Shown here: one piece after another, positions 62,583 to 64,000 of the stretch | Layout: every line of letters starts with the position of its first letter | How positions within the stretch are numbered: position 1 is the first letter of the stretch | Origin: Bacillota bacterium | GTDB lineage: Bacteria > Bacillota > Clostridia > Saccharofermentanales > DTU023 | DNA length: 64,000 nt | Assembly: GCA_023622515.1 (NCBI GenBank) | Contig: JAMNZB010000016.1 | Location: forward strand, 3,118-67,117 | Direction of reading: 5' to 3' | Program-made: the position numbers and the translations under genes | The notes under the pieces: model-generated | Told to the model about the DNA's origin: nothing | The model's input: the letters and a program-made list of their open reading frames with translations, nothing else | Database searches by the model: none

Positions 62583-64000
62583 GAAACTATACCTCCCTCT
62601 TTTTCGAGCCTTTGCCAAGTTTTCTGCTCGCTTAGTATCGGCCTCTCTTTGTGATAGGCTCGCCTTAGCTTTACCAACCCTGAAGCAAGAATGTGTAAAT
62701 CAAGCAACTTTGCTTCATGGAGGATATCCAACATTCTAGCACAGGCAAAGGGAGAAAAGACATCCTTCTCCTTAACAGACAAAGCGCGAGAAAGCAGACC
62801 GATATCCAAAAAGTGATAATCCGCCTTTGGCAATAGCTCTTCGAGCTTTAGCCAAAAGAGACCCATGCGTGACCGCTCAATAGTAAAATCGACTGATAAA
62901 AACTCTTCTTTAGTTTTTAACTCTTGGAGGCTTACCCCCTTGCGCCAGGCCTTGCCGGCAGCTAAAGCCTGATTGTAACGCAAACGTTCTTCTGCATAAG
63001 GTCTAAGTTCATATACTTGTAACTGGAGGAATGATCTGTTTTGGTAAGAATGCAGATGCAATTCTGCAAGTACATCAACAAGGTCACCCTCCCGGTAAAG
63101 AGTCGCCAGGTCGCCCAGACGAAAAGCAATCCCCTGGATTTCCCGCCCATCTTCTGCCTGAAAGCGCAAACTCAAGTGAGAACCATCACCCACACGGCGA
63201 ATATTTTTAATTTGTAGATCTTCAATAAGGAATTTCGGTCTTTCATTCCCACTTCCAAAGGGCTCAAAAGCGGAAATAACCTCTAGCATTTCTTCAGTAA
63301 CTAACCGGTGGGGTAGCGCGGCAAAAATCCTTTCTTCTTCAAGTTCATCTATTTCCGCCTTGTGAAGAGCAGCATAAGCACGAATTTTTTTAGCGAAAGC
63401 CTCCCTGTTTTCTTCCGTAAGCGTCACCCCTGCTGCATACCTATGCCCACCCACAGTCAGGGTCAAATCTTTTGCACTAAGCAGGGCAGATAAAATATCA
63501 AATTGGCCGACACTACGGCAGGAACCCCGCAGCTCCCCGTCTACTCCGGCAAAACAAATTGTCGGCAAGGCATGTTTTTCTGCGATACGGGCACTAATGA
63601 TACCAATGAGCCCGGGATGCCAGTCCGCCTCCCCTAAAATGAGAATGTTTTCTTTTTCTGCCTCAGATTGTGCGGCAAGCTGCTCTTCTGCTTCTTCCAT
63701 GAGCGCTGCCTCCAGGATCTGCCTCTCTTTATTCAGTTCTTCAATATTTTTAATTTCCGCTTTTGCTTCCGCTTCACTCTCCGTTAGCAGAAGAAGAATG
63801 GCCGGTTCCATATCATCCAGCCGACCCGTAGCGTTAATCCGAGAGGCTATCGAATAGGCTAAAAACTCTGCGTCTACCTTACCGTCAGGACGCAAACTCT
63901 CAAGCAGTAAACGCAAACCAAGGGGACCTTCTGAAAAATACTGCAAGCCAAGGGCCACTATTGTACGGTTATCTTTAACAAGCGGCATGGAATCAGCCAC
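62579..64000 (-). CDS. recJ: Single-stranded-DNA-specific exonuclease RecJ, C-terminal 473 codons (N-terminus outside the window)
   Basis: DHHA1 motif GGHRYAAG and an OB-like C-terminal region. The recJ-relA order is conserved in Firmicutes. Confidence 0.85.
   Translation of the reverse strand: MADSMPLVKDNRTIVALGLQYFSEGPLGLRLLLESLRPDGKVDAEFLAYSIASRINATGRLDDMEPAILLLLTESEAEAKAEIKNIEELNKERQILEAALMEEAEEQLAAQSEAEKENILILGEADWHPGLIGIISARIAEKHALPTICFAGVDGELRGSCRSVGQFDILSALLSAKDLTLTVGGHRYAAGVTLTEENREAFAKKIRAYAALHKAEIDELEEERIFAALPHRLVTEEMLEVISAFEPFGSGNERPKFLIEDLQIKNIRRVGDGSHLSLRFQAEDGREIQGIAFRLGDLATLYREGDLVDVLAELHLHSYQNRSFLQLQVYELRPYAEERLRYNQALAAGKAWRKGVSLQELKTKEEFLSVDFTIERSRMGLFWLKLEELLPKADYHFLDIGLLSRALSVKEKDVFSPFACARMLDILHEAKLLDLHILASGLVKLRRAYHKERPILSEQKTWQRLEKEGGIVS

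Noticed and set aside
1-64000. Defence systems, toxin-antitoxin pairs, prophage or IS elements, CRISPR arrays
   Set aside because: I scanned all ORFs of at least 60 aa and all intergenic regions over 100 bp. I found no nuclease/helicase/reverse-transcriptase/integrase/transposase signatures outside the housekeeping genes, and no repeat-spacer arrays.

Overview
This window is a Firmicutes/Clostridia-type core chromosomal region, about 45% GC by eye and roughly 90% coding, with most genes on the minus strand. All protein calls come from reading motifs and gene order by eye; no BLAST, HMM or folding searches were run.

Gene content in window order:
- 1-3.3 kb: glutamate mutase genes glmL and glmS (methylaspartate pathway), an embedded GntR regulator, and a two-subunit class-I fumarase-like hydratase whose beta subunit is disrupted.
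- 3.3-8.1 kb: an envelope/c-di-AMP string of a CdaA-CdaR fusion, glmM, a degenerate amidase-like protein and an SGNH esterase.
- 8.3-13.9 kb: citC-ptb-iorA-iorB-aminotransferase, a putative oxidative amino-acid fermentation operon.
- 13.9-20.2 kb: a lipoprotein, a MecA_N-type PBP, ddl, a coiled-coil protein, coaD and an internally deleted rsmD.
- 20.4-24.5 kb: a hypothetical gene, recG, nth and nrdR.
- 24.5-37.1 kb: a division/cell-wall (dcw) cluster, mraZ-rsmH-ftsL-pbp-murF-mraY-ftsW-murG-ftsQ-ftsZ. It lacks murE, murD and ftsA.
- 37.3-48.7 kb: rodA, lgt, then rimP-nusA-(ylxR::ylxQ fusion)-infB-rbfA-nrnA-truB-ribF.
- 48.8-64 kb: mscL, a mini P-loop protein, a repeat-rich polysaccharide deacetylase, gdh, tRNA-Gly(CCC), ftsH, a TetR regulator, a beta-carbonic anhydrase, tRNA-Thr(UGU), rpsT, rnj, relA and recJ (partial).

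I found no CRISPR array, transposase, integrase, prophage gene or recognisable defence or toxin-antitoxin module. I cannot point to a clear-cut novel multi-gene system.

The observations most worth a second look are:
- the CdaA-YbbR fusion operon with a catalytically dead amidase_3-like protein;
- the citC-ptb-ior-aminotransferase combination;
- a 72-bp compound tetranucleotide microsatellite next to the glutamate-fermentation genes;
- two core genes (hydratase beta subunit, rsmD) that each lost a conserved motif through an out-of-frame internal deletion;
- a YlxR-L7Ae fusion;
- a promoter-terminator-RBS leader in front of rimP-nusA.
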